The notes: a model not told the origin generated them from the letters alone. A DNA stretch of 64,000 nt from a virus (IMGVR_UViG_3300035661_000056:3658-67657), one strand, 5' to 3'; shown: positions 18,581-30,151, counted from the first letter of the stretch. Made by a program: numbers and translations.

Positions 18581-21060
18581 TTAAAATTTAATTTCGCAAC
18601 TTCCACCAGCACAAGCTAATTCGGCCGCTAGATCAACACTACTTCCATCTTTTTCAAATACTTTACTAATATCAATATTTGCTAACATTGGTAGCATTGA
18701 TTCATACTGTTCTTTAGTAATATCTTCAAAAGGTAACTGTGGGTACGCTTCAGCGCCAAAGAATGGCAGTACAGAAATACCATTATAGTATTCTCTATTT
18801 TCCCACATCCAAATAGCTAACTGCCTCCACTCATCTGGTTTAACACTAATAGTACAACTTACGTTATGTCGATTAGTACCACTAATATGCCCTTTAGCTA
18901 CCCATTTAATAGATACGTTCTTAACCCGTTCTAGCAAACTCATCATGGATTCGTCACGAGTTACAGCACCTTCGGGAGCTTTTTGAGGGAAACTAAGAAC
19001 GACTTGGTTAGTTTTAGTAACATCCTGCTCTACTAGGCCAGGAGCAGCTTTCATCATGTATTGTGCTAGGGCTTCATCCTTACCTGCTCGCATCCTACGA
19101 ATATAGTACGGAGCGTGCCAAGCATGAATACCACTAGAAGTACCAAGAACCAGGCTAGTAGTCCCAGCAGGTTTAACACAAGTACTACGGGCTGCAGGGT
19201 TAATACCCAATTTTTTAGAGATTTCAGCATTAGTATCTACCACACATTGTGCGGCCCATTCCATATCCAATTTTTCCACTGTACCACTAGCAATACCTGT
19301 CATAGAAACTCCAAGCAATGATTCCTTTTCACAAGTTACACGCCATTTAGGGTTTAGGTAATGAAAGTCCGTATAGCCTGCTTGTAGCGTACCAATAAAG
19401 GCTGCCGCACTAGCTGCTTCATTGAACTCCCGCTGTGTACTAATTGCACCAGCATTAATCTCTGTAAGGTTACAAGTCTGATAAGGACGTAGGGCAATCT
19501 CACAGTTATGCACTACAATACCATTTGCTGCGAATGCATGTGCGTCTTCAATAGTAGCATCATATACTGCCTCAGTGCCAAATAATTTAATTGAGGTAAC
19601 CTTAGTATACTCAGAGTCATTGTTAGCTTTACGTTTTCTATTTTGTTCTACATACTCAAAGGCTTTTTGTTTTTGAGGGTCATTAAACCCGATAGTATTG
19701 CCAAAAATAGAGAAACTATAATTACTAATAACTAACTCGTGAACCTCCTTACAATAGTACTCTTTTTTACCCCCATGCCCATCCGGCATCATTCTATACC
19801 CTGCCTTATTTCGTCCTGTATAAATTTTAGACGTAATACCAAAAGTAAGTAGAAGTTGCTGTACAAGTTCTAGCTTAGCTAAGTCAGCCTGTGTTAGTCT
19901 AATACTAACACCTTTAATTAGGTTTCCCTGCACACTACCATCTGCGTCAAAAAACCCAGATAGTACCCCTGCAATAAATTCTTTCCCTCTACTAAGTACT
20001 GAGGATTTAATATTTTTAGTACCTTCCTCAATATAGAGAGAGCAGAATTTAGTTAGGTTAACTGAGGATACTGTTATTGATTTATTAGTAGTATTCTCTT
20101 TATTAACAGTAATAGCGCTATTTAGGGAAGTATTAATAATATCTACGGCCCTTTTAGCCATAATTTTTTTATCTTTCCCCCAGAATCTCAGGTAACTAGG
20201 GTACTTACTAGGGTTATGTCCCCCGTCCCCTATTACTTCACCTAATAGCCATCCAAGATTGAAATCGGTACCAGAATACGTGGATACATTGCCAGTTGAA
20301 ATTTTCACATATTCCCCAATATTTAGGTCTAATAGTTCTACCCATCCCCTATCTTTGGTAAGAATTTTGTGGTCTCCAGTAGCCCTTATACTAGCTCCCA
20401 TACCTGTTTCTAAAGTATACGTAATTTTATCTCCTGTGTACCAGAAACCTTTCTTACTTTCGTAATACTTTCCATGTAATTCTGCTATAAATGGTGTATT
20501 AATTAATTCACCGATACATCTTAGCCCTGAAGATGTTTGGATAAGAGTACTTGCAGGAAGACAGCAAGGATTAGTACCCCAATCTTTATTATTAGTCCAG
20601 TAAATACCCGGTTCCCCACATCCAGAATCTTCAATACGTTCCATTAATTCATAGAACTCTAGTTCCGATACTGCACCGCGTAGTAGTACCGCACTATTGT
20701 TTGCTCTAGCACGAGCAGGATTACTTTCCCACCATTTACCGCTCTTACACTCTAGCATTGCCTTATCATCTAAATCAAACAAGGCAATCATAGCAGCTCG
20801 GCGAATTCCACCCGCTAGAACAGCATCGGCAATGATACACGCCATATCATGTACTTCAATAGGCTCTAATTTACGTCCTACAGCATTACGAAGTAAATCT
20901 ATTAACTGATTGATACAAATACGAAGGGGTTCAGGTCCCGGTGCCTGCCCTCCTGTAGTAATTAATTCTGCACCTTTTTCACGTATATCACGGTAGTCAA
21001 ATATAGGTAATGTACCTGCATTGAAAAAAGCCTTACATACAACTTTAACAGCGTCACTCC
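18581..21060 (-). CDS. nrdJ: Class II (AdoCbl) ribonucleotide reductase, exon 2 (contains intein)
   Basis: After splicing reads DSIVG-W-SDAV...TTGGQAPGPEPL...GGIRRAA...TNPC|CEIAL...CNLTE...VKPAGT...CAGGSCEI. Confidence 0.92.
19505..20563 (-). mobile_element. Intein (353 aa) with LAGLIDADG homing endonuclease
   Basis: Starts CLPAST, ends VVHN before C; blocks LLGEVIGDG and LSGFFDADG; removal restores TNPCCEIAL. Confidence 0.93.
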
Positions 21061-21992
21061 CTATGACGCATACCTACTATTTATAGTAGGATTAGATCAT
21101 ATCTTCATCTAACTTCCACACAAAGCCACCAGCTGTTTTCTGACGCCCTGTTATGGCTGCACTAATTCTTTTATAGCAAATACCTGTTGTTTTAGATGCT
21201 TCTCTAGCAGAGACAAACTCTGCTATAATAATACCATCTTTATCTAACTGTATAGTCTTTTTAGGGGTACCTTTTGGCTTATCATACGCCTTATTAGGTA
21301 CATCATTGTAGGACCATAGAAACCCCCCACGGCTATTATTACCTACTTTATTTGGGTTTCTACATACTTCTCCAATTGCGGCATCATTAATACCTGTAAT
21401 AAGCATAGCCTGATTCGCATTTGGAAATTTTGCTATAAATTCTCCCAGTAAACTGAATTGGTAAACTGGTGTAGTTACTACTACAGGAGTATTACGCGCC
21501 CTATCTTCTGAGTTTGTTAAATCACAACCCTCGTCTTTATAGAACTGTATCATATCAGTTTCGAAGTCATTAGCCTCTTTAGCTGACATTACATCTTCCC
21601 ATAGTATTTCCATTATAGGTTTAGCATTCTTACGAAGAAGTTGAATAATCCATCTTTCTTTATGGGTTTTATTATTCTTTTTTGCTTCGTATATATGATT
21701 TCTATACCTATTATCTGGGTCTACTGTTTGCCCAATATAACGTATTTTTAACGTAAATGGGTCTTTAAGTGCATAAAAATAGATGCGCACCGTTTCGAGG
21801 GAATTACTTCCGTCTACGTCATTACTGACTGATCGTTGAACTTTCATGAATTTTCTTATCATGCTTAGCTGCTGATTGCCCAATCCTAAATCTTTTCAAA
21901 CATTCACGTCTCCCTTAGACAGGGTTCGTTGTAGTGCTCTAGGCTATAAGGGGTTCCCAGCAATTAGATGCGTTTTAGTTGAGCAGAGGTTT
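21061..21992 (-). mobile_element. Group I intron in nrdJ
   Basis: P1 GUUGGGU/GCUCAAC with U-G at splice site, P (AAUUGCUGGGAA), Q (AAUCAGCAG), R (GUUCAACGAUCA), S (AAGAUAUGAUC), terminal G; splicing restores the frame. Confidence 0.9.
21092..21883 (-). CDS. Intron-encoded GIY-YIG homing endonuclease with NUMOD1 repeats (start uncertain)
   Basis: YFYALKDP...RYIGQT...R; two VYQFSLLGEFIAKF / IQLDKDGIIIAEF..KTAGGFVW repeats. Confidence 0.85.
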   Translation of the reverse strand: MGNQQLSMIRKFMKVQRSVSNDVDGSNSLETVRIYFYALKDPFTLKIRYIGQTVDPDNRYRNHIYEAKKNNKTHKERWIIQLLRKNAKPIMEILWEDVMSAKEANDFETDMIQFYKDEGCDLTNSEDRARNTPVVVTTPVYQFSLLGEFIAKFPNANQAMLITGINDAAIGEVCRNPNKVGNNSRGGFLWSYNDVPNKAYDKPKGTPKKTIQLDKDGIIIAEFVSAREASKTTGICYKRISAAITGRQKTAGGFVWKLDEDMI

Positions 21993-22428
21993 ACCCAACA
22001 ATAGAGTCTTGAACCTGATATTTATATTCTTCATCTGATTCAGGTGTTTTAATTTTTGGTAGTTTATCTGTATGGCAACGTTGAACTGAGTAGCCCATGC
22101 CAGTTCCGCCTAATAGAAGAAACATTAGTTCACTAAAAAACTTAGTACTTTCGGCGGGTGCATATGCACAGTTAAAAATTCTATTTTCTGCCATAAGAAT
22201 TGGTCTACCCCCGAATTGGAGTGACCTCATACTAGGGAGAACTTTTTTAGGGAATACAAATTTCCTATAAACCGAGTCAATTTCTGATTGCATCCAAGGA
22301 TATTTTTCCTTGTGCATGTTCATATTGCGAGTAACTATTTCGTTCCAATTTTCACGACGATTTTTATCTTTTGCGAAACGCGCATATTTATTAAATACTG
22401 TAATATCTGCTAGTGCTTGTTTATCCAT
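21993..22428 (-). CDS. nrdJ: Class II RNR, exon 1
   Basis: KYAR...RRENW, VLPSMRSLQFGG, FNCAY, LLLGGTGMGYSVQ. Confidence 0.92.
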
Positions 22429-22681
22429 TTTTTCCTTCTTTAATTACTCTACGTCCAACCGCTATAATAAGTTGGTTTTTAATAATTTCTAGGGCTTCTT
22501 TAACTGCATGAACGCTATCTAAATGTTCACACATAGGGACTAGAAGTCTATCTAAATCTTTAATAGCAGCAGCTACTTTTATTTCAGATTCTGTCATCAT
22601 GCTAAGTCCTTATTTTCTCTTTGTCCAATACGTATCATTAAAATTCTAGTATAATCGAAACTAGCTTAATTTTATTTATAC

Positions 22682-23149
22682 TTATGCACCAGTACTACCA
22701 AACCCACCAGTACCTCGTTTAGTGTCTAACCAAGTATCTCCATCATGTAGTACAAATTCTGGTAGCATAATAGGAGTAATAACTAACTGTGCTATTTTAG
22801 TAGTGTAAGCCTTAATTTCATAAGGATCATCACCTTCATTAACTAATATTAGCTTAATATTACCTCGATAATCTGAATCAATAACCCCAACACTGTTTGA
22901 TAAAGACACCCTTAATTTGCCTTGACTTGAGCGGCTATATACCAATCCTACAAATCCTACGGGTATTTTTATAGATACTCCTGTATCTACCATATCTATG
23001 CAGTTTGGGTAGATTATTAAAGATTTAATTGATACAAGGTCAGCTCCTGCGTCATTTGGGTGCCCCCGTAAGGGGATGCACCTAGGGTCATCTAGCTTAA
23101 TTTCTACTTTTGGTTTAGTTTCTAGTTTTGCTTGCATATACTTGGGCAT
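22682..23149 (-). CDS. dut: dUTPase
   Basis: DAGADL, SRSS, GVIDSDYRG, IAQL, RGTGGFGSTG. Confidence 0.97.
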   Translation of the reverse strand: MPKYMQAKLETKPKVEIKLDDPRCIPLRGHPNDAGADLVSIKSLIIYPNCIDMVDTGVSIKIPVGFVGLVYSRSSQGKLRVSLSNSVGVIDSDYRGNIKLILVNEGDDPYEIKAYTTKIAQLVITPIMLPEFVLHDGDTWLDTKRGTGGFGSTGA

Positions 23150-23153
23150 CCTT

Positions 23154-24002
23154 TTATTTTAGATAATTGTCTAGTATTAAGTCTAATTTTTTACAGTTTT
23201 CTTCTCCAATAGCATCAATACAGTAAGTAATTAAGTCCATTAATTGATAGTTACGGATTAACGCCTCCGCTCCAAACTTATTAAGCGAGTCGATATACTT
23301 GTATTTGCTGAAAATAGGCAATGAAGCGATGATATCATATGTACTGCCATACTCCTGCACAAGCTGTAAAGCCCTTTTAGGTCCAATCCCAGGAACCCCA
23401 GGGACATTATCTCCTGAATCGCCCATGAGACACTTAATACTAATATACTCATCTCTACTAAATTCATAGTGTTCTTTCCAGTTATCTACAGTAAATTCCT
23501 TCCTTGTAACATAGGAGAACTGACTTACGCCTTCATCTACTAAAAGATTCCAGTCACGGTCTGATGAAACTAACCAGATATTACTGATTCCGTAGTTTTT
23601 TCGGTTTCTAACAATATACGCTGCAATGTCATCTGCCTCAACTCCCGGAAAGCGAGCAACTGGATAAACTGCATCAGTTTCATATTTTTGTAGTATTCGT
23701 TGCATTTCAGCAAAGAACTCTTCAAACTTTGCCGCTTCCTCAACTGTCTGATTTTCATACTTTTCCTTTCGGTTTGCTTTGTACTCAGGGTAAATAGCTT
23801 TACGATAGTTAGAAGAACCCATATCTCCTGCAATTATTAATTTACCGCACTTATAAGACTTTTTAAGGCTTAGTACTGTGCGTGTATAATCTTCGCAGAA
23901 GTTTCCCGCCCCTGCATGAAGGTACCTGAATCCAAGGTTTAAACTATCTAAGATCATTAGGTTATTGTCTGTAGTATCGTTAATTTCTTTAAATGGTTTC
24001 AT
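23154..24002 (-). CDS. D15: 5'-3' exonuclease / flap endonuclease (T5 D15-like)
   Basis: YPEYKANR, GVEADD, SSDRDW, GDSGDNVPGVPGIGPKRA. Confidence 0.93.
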   Translation of the reverse strand: MKPFKEINDTTDNNLMILDSLNLGFRYLHAGAGNFCEDYTRTVLSLKKSYKCGKLIIAGDMGSSNYRKAIYPEYKANRKEKYENQTVEEAAKFEEFFAEMQRILQKYETDAVYPVARFPGVEADDIAAYIVRNRKNYGISNIWLVSSDRDWNLLVDEGVSQFSYVTRKEFTVDNWKEHYEFSRDEYISIKCLMGDSGDNVPGVPGIGPKRALQLVQEYGSTYDIIASLPIFSKYKYIDSLNKFGAEALIRNYQLMDLITYCIDAIGEENCKKLDLILDNYLK

Positions 24003-24460
24003 ATAAATTTAGGTTTTTCTTTTGTTACGAAATCTTCTAGTAGGGATACATTCATATTAACTTTATCTCTACTAATCCAGATATACGATACTTCAGTAGG
24101 TAGTTCTTGATAAGCACAGAAGATTTTTGATCGGTCATGTTTAAATATAAGTAAGGGTATTTTATTAACTTGCTTACTTTGCCTAACTGTTTGCTCCCAC
24201 CACTCAAATAACTGAGGATTTTTATCAGTTAAAATCTTGCTAGTAAGGTGGTCGTCTTTATAATGTTTTACTTCTATGCAGTAATTATTATGAACTCCTA
24301 CTACGTATAAATCCCCTTTTAATCCATGTTTAGGGTCTAGCGCTCCAGAGCTAGGGATTCGCTCAAACTGAAGTCCCGTAAGTAATCTTAATTTATCTCT
24401 AATCTGAGTCTCTGCTCTAGCACCTTTTTCGTTACTAGTTACCAATTTATAGCCTTTCAA
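23999..24460 (-). CDS. D14: PD-(D/E)xK endonuclease / resolvase (T5 D14-like)
   Basis: KGARAE...RIPSSGA...GD...IEVKHY...WWEQT; T5 synteny. Confidence 0.85.
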   Translation of the reverse strand: MKGYKLVTSNEKGARAETQIRDKLRLLTGLQFERIPSSGALDPKHGLKGDLYVVGVHNNYCIEVKHYKDDHLTSKILTDKNPQLFEWWEQTVRQSKQVNKIPLLIFKHDRSKIFCAYQELPTEVSYIWISRDKVNMNVSLLEDFVTKEKPKFI

Positions 24461-24616
24461 AATTCATTTCAAACATTTCAATAGGTAACTTAAAGCTACT
24501 ATCTATACTACTTCTATAAAATACTACAGTTTTAATGCCATCAATATGCTCAATACTAGTAATATATACTATATCAGTTTTATTATATTTATTTCTATAT
24601 TTATAGTTTACTTGAA

Positions 24617-26416
24617 TCATTCTAACCTCGATATATTATGTTCTTTAATAACATTAATTTTTTCAATTAAGGGATGGCTAAATCCATGAGATACTAAGAA
24701 AGTATTCAAGTCAGTTTCTGCTAGTAGTACTTCGAGTAGTTTTTCTTTGCCTTCTGCATCCAGATTTTCTATTGTTTCGTCAAGAATAAGGAGATTCGTT
24801 CTGCTATTTGACAAAGCCTGCATGAGTTTCCTGATAGCTAGCAAAGTAGCTACATTAACTCTGGCACGCTCACCAGAAGACAAAGCAACGATATCTATAT
24901 CCTTACCATTATCTGTAATGATAACATTTAATTTATCTGAACTTGAAATTTTGAAACTAAGCTGGAATCGCCCGTCTGCTAATACACTTAAGTATTCATT
25001 AGTTAATTGTTCTAGATCTTTAACCAAGCACTCTATTTTATAAGCAACTAGTCCTGTAGTACTAAAAGTTTTTACTAAAATATTTAAGTTAGTTAATTCA
25101 AATACCTTTAATAGAAGTTTTTCTGATAAACTAGCTAGATCAGATTTCATTTCAACTAATTGTGATGAAATAACTCTAACTTTAGAGTTATGTTCTTCAA
25201 TAAGTTTATTGTTTTTCCTAGTATTTGCAATAGCTAGTTCTATCGTATCAATAGACCTTTTTAATGAGTTAATATTATTTTCTAATTCAGCTCTATCTAT
25301 AGGAACGGCTGAAATATCATTAGACACCAATGAGTTATACTTTTCCCATTCCTGTACTCTCTTCTCATATTCTGAAAAAGCTTTATTAGCATGTTCTGCC
25401 TCATTTATATTAGATTCTAATTGTTTTAATTCTAGTTCTAATAGGGGTTTTGCTTGCTCGAAGGCTAAAATTCTATTAAACATTACAGAATTATCCATAT
25501 CCTGCGAGCATGTAGGACACTTGATAGTTTTAGTTGAGGGTTTTTTACTTAATGTTGCCCCTTCCTTAAGCTCTACTTTAATAGCTGCAACACGACCAAT
25601 CCATTCTTTTAGTAAAGGATAGTTTGGTTGACTATATGGTATACTAATATCAATAGTGGCCAGAAATCTTTTATAAGTATTGTTCTGTGCAATTCTTTTA
25701 TTAGTGCTATCAATATTTGCTAATTCATTTAATAGTAACACTAATTTTTCTTTTAGGAGTGTTGGAGGATCTGCTTCTTTCTCTAGTTCCCTGAGTACTA
25801 AATCTTGATTAGAATACTTATCTAGCCAAGAATTAATAGTATCAATTTTAGCTTGAGTAGCATCTACTTGTTTTGACATATTCAAAACAAGCTCTTTAAA
25901 TACCTCTAGAGCCCGAGTGTACTTACTAAGATTTAATAGTTCTATTAGGAATTTCTTTCTAGCAGAATCCGTAGCAGTTAAAAACTCTAGAGATGATACA
26001 CTACTTTGATATACAATCTGACTAAATGTTTTAGCATCAAACCCTAATATAGTTTCAATTTGCTTATACGTGCCTGTAGCAGTATGAGAACTTATATCTA
26101 AGCTACCACACATTAATTTAACTATACTAGTAGTATTTGTTCTAGTAGTACTTATAGTATAGGGTGTTCCATCTTTTTCAAACGTTAGCTCGATGGTATA
26201 GCTTTTAGCTTTTGTATACCTATTAAGAATATCTGATTTCTTAATCTTTTTAGAGTTAGTATTAAAAAGAACTTCTTCAATAATTAAAGCTATTGAACTC
26301 TTACCAAATCCATTTTTCCCTACTAATTGTGTTAGATTATCTTTATCTAATCTAATATAATTATTTTCTCCATATGAGAATACATTGCTGAATTTTAGAT
26401 TAGTAAATTTAATCAT
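24617..26416 (-). CDS. D13: SbcC/Rad50-like recombination ATPase (T5 D13-like)
   Basis: GKNGFGKSS, CPTC zinc hook, LSSGE, ILDE. Confidence 0.93.
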   Translation of the reverse strand: MIKFTNLKFSNVFSYGENNYIRLDKDNLTQLVGKNGFGKSSIALIIEEVLFNTNSKKIKKSDILNRYTKAKSYTIELTFEKDGTPYTISTTRTNTTSIVKLMCGSLDISSHTATGTYKQIETILGFDAKTFSQIVYQSSVSSLEFLTATDSARKKFLIELLNLSKYTRALEVFKELVLNMSKQVDATQAKIDTINSWLDKYSNQDLVLRELEKEADPPTLLKEKLVLLLNELANIDSTNKRIAQNNTYKRFLATIDISIPYSQPNYPLLKEWIGRVAAIKVELKEGATLSKKPSTKTIKCPTCSQDMDNSVMFNRILAFEQAKPLLELELKQLESNINEAEHANKAFSEYEKRVQEWEKYNSLVSNDISAVPIDRAELENNINSLKRSIDTIELAIANTRKNNKLIEEHNSKVRVISSQLVEMKSDLASLSEKLLLKVFELTNLNILVKTFSTTGLVAYKIECLVKDLEQLTNEYLSVLADGRFQLSFKISSSDKLNVIITDNGKDIDIVALSSGERARVNVATLLAIRKLMQALSNSRTNLLILDETIENLDAEGKEKLLEVLLAETDLNTFLVSHGFSHPLIEKINVIKEHNISRLE

Positions 26417-27362
26417 CTATTTTATTCATATTATTATTTAATAACTGCAACACATTATCTACAGTTGCTTGTTCTAGATTTAGCACGTATAGTAAGTACT
26501 CTTGCACTTCTTCTTGAAGGCTCATAGTAGAGTCGAGAATAAGGGCTGTTTCTATGTCTCGTTTTACTACCTTTTTGTCAATTAGGTCATTATCTTCAAT
26601 ATTACCTAATTCAGACATATCACCCTCTACTTCATATACAATCCTATTATATCCATCTTCTGGCATTGGATCGCCTGCCTTAATTGTCTTACGAATTAGC
26701 TGGGGCAATTTGAGCTTAACCCATTCATGATTCATAGTATCAGTATCAAACATGATAATACCTGTATCAATCACTGAGCGATGAAAATTAGTAGTGATAG
26801 GACTTCCTGGGTATAGTATATTACGTTGACAGTTATCATATGAGTGAAGATCACCTGCAAGTACTACTTTCCATCTATCAAAAATAGTAAGATCAACCTC
26901 GGGCCTTACATGAGGTTCAATTGCTCCACGCACGTGGGTGAATAGGATACTATTAGTAAACTCTACTGGAGTCTTTTCAAACTCTTTTAGTTTATTATAT
27001 GGAATAATATCAAAAGTTTCATTACTAAAGTAATCATCAATAACAGTTACTAACTTATTCAGTCTATTAGTAACTGCTCTTAAGTAACTAAAGAAGGTAG
27101 TATCTTTCTTTATAGATTCATGATTGCCTGGATAAATAATGGTTGGAATCTTGCAAGAAGTCACTAAATCATAATAAACTTCTAATTCTTCCATATTAGG
27201 CATCTTATCAAATATGTCCCCACCAATGATAAACATATCTGCATCTTCTTGTAAAACGCTTAATTGACTAATAAGTTCTAAGCATCTATTCTTAGCCCAA
27301 ATGGTAGGTATATTTTTAGCACCAAGTTTTATATGTAAATCTGCGGTAAATAGTATTTTCAT
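26409..27362 (-). CDS. D12: SbcD/Mre11-like nuclease (T5 D12-like)
   Basis: MKILFTADLH, GGDIFD, GNHE, GDLH, YPGSP. Confidence 0.93.
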   Translation of the reverse strand: MKILFTADLHIKLGAKNIPTIWAKNRCLELISQLSVLQEDADMFIIGGDIFDKMPNMEELEVYYDLVTSCKIPTIIYPGNHESIKKDTTFFSYLRAVTNRLNKLVTVIDDYFSNETFDIIPYNKLKEFEKTPVEFTNSILFTHVRGAIEPHVRPEVDLTIFDRWKVVLAGDLHSYDNCQRNILYPGSPITTNFHRSVIDTGIIMFDTDTMNHEWVKLKLPQLIRKTIKAGDPMPEDGYNRIVYEVEGDMSELGNIEDNDLIDKKVVKRDIETALILDSTMSLQEEVQEYLLYVLNLEQATVDNVLQLLNNNMNKIDD

Positions 27363-27442
27363 TTCCACTATTCCTTGATGTGTTCTAACTTGTAATAGCA
27401 CAAGGACTGTATAGCGTCAAACTTATTCATATTTATAAGATA

Positions 27443-27481
27443 AAAAGCCGCCAGAAATTTTAGCTTCTGGCGGCTATTTTT
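27443..27481. terminator. Rho-independent terminator
   Basis: AGCCGCCAGAA / TTCTGGCGGCT stem flanked by A/T runs, after the D11-like gene. Confidence 0.75.
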
Positions 27482-28127
27482 AGTTGAGCTCGTTTACAGC
27501 CTCTTTGTCAATACCATCGGCATGTACTTCTTCATCATCTCCGCCTTTAGCAAGCCGCTCTAGTAAAGCAGTAATTTCAGCGGTTGTAGGACGAGGAATC
27601 TTTTCGTCGATAGACATAGCGGCATCAGCAGCTGCACGTTCCGTAGCAGTCAGGGGACGTTTTTTAAGTTTAAGCTGGCTAAGAGTATACTCCACATTAA
27701 AGGCTAGAGCACCAGTTTTAGCGCGCCTAAATACAATATCAAACCCTTCGTCATAATCAGTTGGGTCAAGTCCAAGGTCTTCTGCAGCAGAAAGAATTTG
27801 CTCAAATAATTTTTTCTTTAAATTTAGTACTTTAACTTTACCATCTTTAGGGTCAATACAATTGACTGCATAAGCCCACGAGCACTTTAAGTCTGGGTAA
27901 AAGTCTTGCACCACATCTTGTACCTTATTATTAAATTTTTCTTCTTCTCTTGAGAAAGCCAAGCACTCTACAGGAATTTGCTTATCATTAGTTCCTTTTA
28001 CCCAGTAAACATAACGTGGAAGAATTCCTCCTACCATACGTACTGTATTTTCACCGTCTACATAGGTATATGCCTCATGAGAATTCTTTACTGCTTTACC
28101 TTTTGTGTTTTTGAAATTTAAAGCCAT
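27480..28127 (-). CDS. D11: ssDNA-binding protein (T5 D11-like)
   Basis: GENTVR..G.ILPRYVYW, CSWAY, LKKKLFEQI, acidic tail; synteny. Confidence 0.85.
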   Translation of the reverse strand: MALNFKNTKGKAVKNSHEAYTYVDGENTVRMVGGILPRYVYWVKGTNDKQIPVECLAFSREEEKFNNKVQDVVQDFYPDLKCSWAYAVNCIDPKDGKVKVLNLKKKLFEQILSAAEDLGLDPTDYDEGFDIVFRRAKTGALAFNVEYTLSQLKLKKRPLTATERAAADAAMSIDEKIPRPTTAEITALLERLAKGGDDEEVHADGIDKEAVNELN

Positions 28128-28129
28128 TG

Positions 28130-28510
28130 TTATCTTTCGTATTTAAAGTTGATTTCTGTTGGTGTTATTTCTAACAGCGGGTTATATTTTATTGCTGAAT
28201 GGTTAAGATCAGGATAAAATGATATTTGCAATGCTTTATACTTATACATTTTATATAGTAAGTAATCGCGCTTTGCAGCGAGTTTTAGATATTGTACTTT
28301 ATATATTATATCAGTATTTTTATCTAATAGAAAATCCCTAGGATTAAGTAAAAACGAATGCCCGACTAGAGGAACTCTGGATGGGGGGTATTTATCATAT
28401 TTACTAGGAATTGTTTTTCCGTTGTAATGATGCAGTAATAAAGCCAATAATTTGTTATTATCTGTGCCAGCCTGCTCCTCTAAGATTTGTTGTGAAAAAA
28501 ATAAAGTCAT
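28130..28510 (-). CDS. Conserved T5-like hypothetical protein
   Basis: ORF between D10 and D11; ATG at 28510 lies just downstream of a promoter. Confidence 0.6.
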   Translation of the reverse strand: MTLFFSQQILEEQAGTDNNKLLALLLHHYNGKTIPSKYDKYPPSRVPLVGHSFLLNPRDFLLDKNTDIIYKVQYLKLAAKRDYLLYKMYKYKALQISFYPDLNHSAIKYNPLLEITPTEINFKYER

Positions 28511-28529
28511 AGTTTTCTTTTGAATAATA

Positions 28530-28558
28530 ATTATACCATAAAGGAAATGTCTGCGCAA
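28530..28558 (-). promoter_or_regulatory. sigma70-type promoter
   Basis: TTGCGC-17bp-TATAAT with A-rich upstream element. Confidence 0.7.
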
Positions 28559-28708
28559 GTTAAAAATTAATTATCTTTTTTATCCATTGCTTTCTTTCAC
28601 CCCAAGCCAAAAGAATAGCTATAATCATGAGTAGTATTACTGTAAATACAGTTAAGGGTGCAGGAACTATATACATAGCACTAGATAGTGTGAACATATA
28701 TTAACCTT

Positions 28709-29998
28709 TCATTCAATTTTCCACCCTTTACGTTGATAAAATCCTAGACGTAAATTATTTTGGCGTTTATCACTAGGACTATTGAAGTTCATGTCTATAA
28801 CTAAAGGGTCCAGTTTATTAGGGTGATTACGCATGATACGTCCAATGATCTGTTCTAGTAAAGAGTCATTAGCCATTGGCGCAGCTAAAATGACACAACT
28901 AAGAATGTTTACTGAGATACCTTCTGAGAAGATTTGTCTGGAGCCAGCAATGCAGCTCTTTTCACCGTCTTCGATTTGTCGTTTGAGTTCTGCTCTTTGT
29001 TCAAAGGTTGTTTCGCCAACAATGCACACACATTCTTCACCAATTAGTTCTCCTACTTTTTGTAAAAATTCTACACGGTCTGCAATGATTAGAACTTTAT
29101 GCCCCTCAGCAATTTCTTTAGCCGCAATTACTGCGATCAGTTCCTGGTAGTCTGGATCATATAAAAGCTTATTAATCTTAATAGCCCAAGGGTCTCCTTC
29201 GGATAAACCTACTCCAGTTTTTATTATTCGTACTCTTGGTACCATTGTATTTTCTTGAGGGGGTTGGTATAGTGTTAATCCGAAAAAGTCTTTAAATAGG
29301 ATGTGCTTACCATCTTTTCTATTCATAGTACCTGAAAGGCCTATTTTATATCTGGAATACATTCCATCTAGGAAAGTACTAAAAGTAATGGCAGTAATAT
29401 GGTGACACTCATCTACTATAACAGTACCAAACTCTTTAGCAATACTTGGAAGTTCTTTAGTAAGTGTCTGTATATTTCCGATAGTAATAACATGATCTAT
29501 ATCAAAACGACCGCTACCAATAATACCGACATCCATTCCATATAACTTCTCTACTTCTTCAATCCATTGATCTCGAAGCATTGTATTATGACATACTATT
29601 AAGGTTTTCTGACCTAATTTTCTAGCTACATGTAGTGCTAGAAAAGTTTTACCAAATCCTACCATAGCATTAATGAAGCAGTTATCTTTAATATCATTAT
29701 ATATAGTTATTTGAGTGTCCCTAAGTGGCAATTTAGGGTCAGGGTAGGGATATTCTTCTTGAATACGCTTATCTACTATCTCATAGTCTTTTGGAATAAG
29801 ATCAACTCTGCCAATAGGTATAGCTATTGCACCTCTAGATAATAACTTATAATTCTTAACTATTTCAAATTGAGAAAAGCGTGTTAATCCAGGACGAGGT
29901 GGTTTCTTAATTTTATAAGTTAAGGTCTTTTTAAGTTGCTCTAGTAGTTCCGGAGTAGTGTCTAAATATATTCTATTACTAAGAACTGCTTTAGTCAT
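28709..29998 (-). CDS. D10: Superfamily II helicase (T5 D10-like)
   Basis: GFGKT, VDECHH, GLSGT, SEGIS, QIIGRIMR; start MTKAVLSNRIY. Confidence 0.92.
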   Translation of the reverse strand: MTKAVLSNRIYLDTTPELLEQLKKTLTYKIKKPPRPGLTRFSQFEIVKNYKLLSRGAIAIPIGRVDLIPKDYEIVDKRIQEEYPYPDPKLPLRDTQITIYNDIKDNCFINAMVGFGKTFLALHVARKLGQKTLIVCHNTMLRDQWIEEVEKLYGMDVGIIGSGRFDIDHVITIGNIQTLTKELPSIAKEFGTVIVDECHHITAITFSTFLDGMYSRYKIGLSGTMNRKDGKHILFKDFFGLTLYQPPQENTMVPRVRIIKTGVGLSEGDPWAIKINKLLYDPDYQELIAVIAAKEIAEGHKVLIIADRVEFLQKVGELIGEECVCIVGETTFEQRAELKRQIEDGEKSCIAGSRQIFSEGISVNILSCVILAAPMANDSLLEQIIGRIMRNHPNKLDPLVIDMNFNSPSDKRQNNLRLGFYQRKGWKIE

Positions 29999-30151
29999 AC
30001 TCTTTACCAAATAAACAATATACTTCAAACCACTTCCAGTTGAGATCATTGTTTTTGAAGTATACCTGATGCGGGTTTTCTTTAAACGTAACTTTCCACG
30101 GACTAATTTGTAGATGCCTTGTACCAAATCTTATATTAAACCATAAATTAC

